Below, piece by piece: positions 8,292 through 8,385 of a DNA stretch of 8,385 nt. Source of the stretch: Paraspadella gotoi. Its lineage: Eukaryota; Animalia; Chaetognatha. The position numbers and the translations under genes are program-made. Numbering within the stretch: position 1 is the first letter of the stretch; every line of letters begins with the position of its first letter. The stretch is from contig JBJCIZ010001265.1 in the NCBI GenBank assembly GCA_051294375.1, positions 1-8,385 of the forward strand, given 5' to 3'. The notes below the pieces were generated by a model that was not told where the DNA came from, did not search any database, and was given only the letters and a program-made list of their open reading frames with translations.

Positions 8292-8354
8292 GTAATGGAT
8301 TTTAAAAAAATTCAAGCTTGTAAAACAAAGTATTCAATTGAGCAGCAACAGTAG

Positions 8355-8385
8355 TTTTTAGTCGGGTCTGCTTATCAGCAGATTC
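8355..8385 (+). mobile_element. 5' end of a second copy of the HINE-like element (truncated by window end)
   Basis: tttttagtcgggtctgcttatcagcagattc closely matches ttttaatcggatctgcttatagcagattc at 7425-7453. Confidence 0.7.

Overview
AT-rich eukaryotic (probably invertebrate, short-intron) repeat-dense DNA with a 25-N assembly gap at 3793-3817. No host gene with a recognisable symbol, and no rRNA, tRNA or CRISPR array. Left part (1-3676): a foldback/long-TIR structure with ~590-bp inverted arms (1-593 and 3080-3676; the left arm is cut by the window edge). It encloses (i) a spliced, 3'-truncated minus-strand gene for a basic-then-acidic protein N-terminus and (ii) two diverged ~0.4-0.5-kb direct repeats. 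Each repeat has a (CT)n tract followed by a minimal type I hammerhead ribozyme motif (CTGATGA-stem II-GAAA-CATG) of the kind known from Penelope-like elements/retrozymes. The stem IIs show compensatory changes. The core of copy 2 can pair with the cleavage strand of copy 1 to make one complete split hammerhead; this is the most notable signal. Right part: two in-phase plus-strand exons (6291-6436, 8130-8291), not captured as such by the ORF track, resemble a Mutator-like/Kolobok-type DDE transposase. The introns carry a DINE-1/HINE-like (Helentron non-autonomous) element and the start of a second copy. All family assignments are by eye and need database confirmation.
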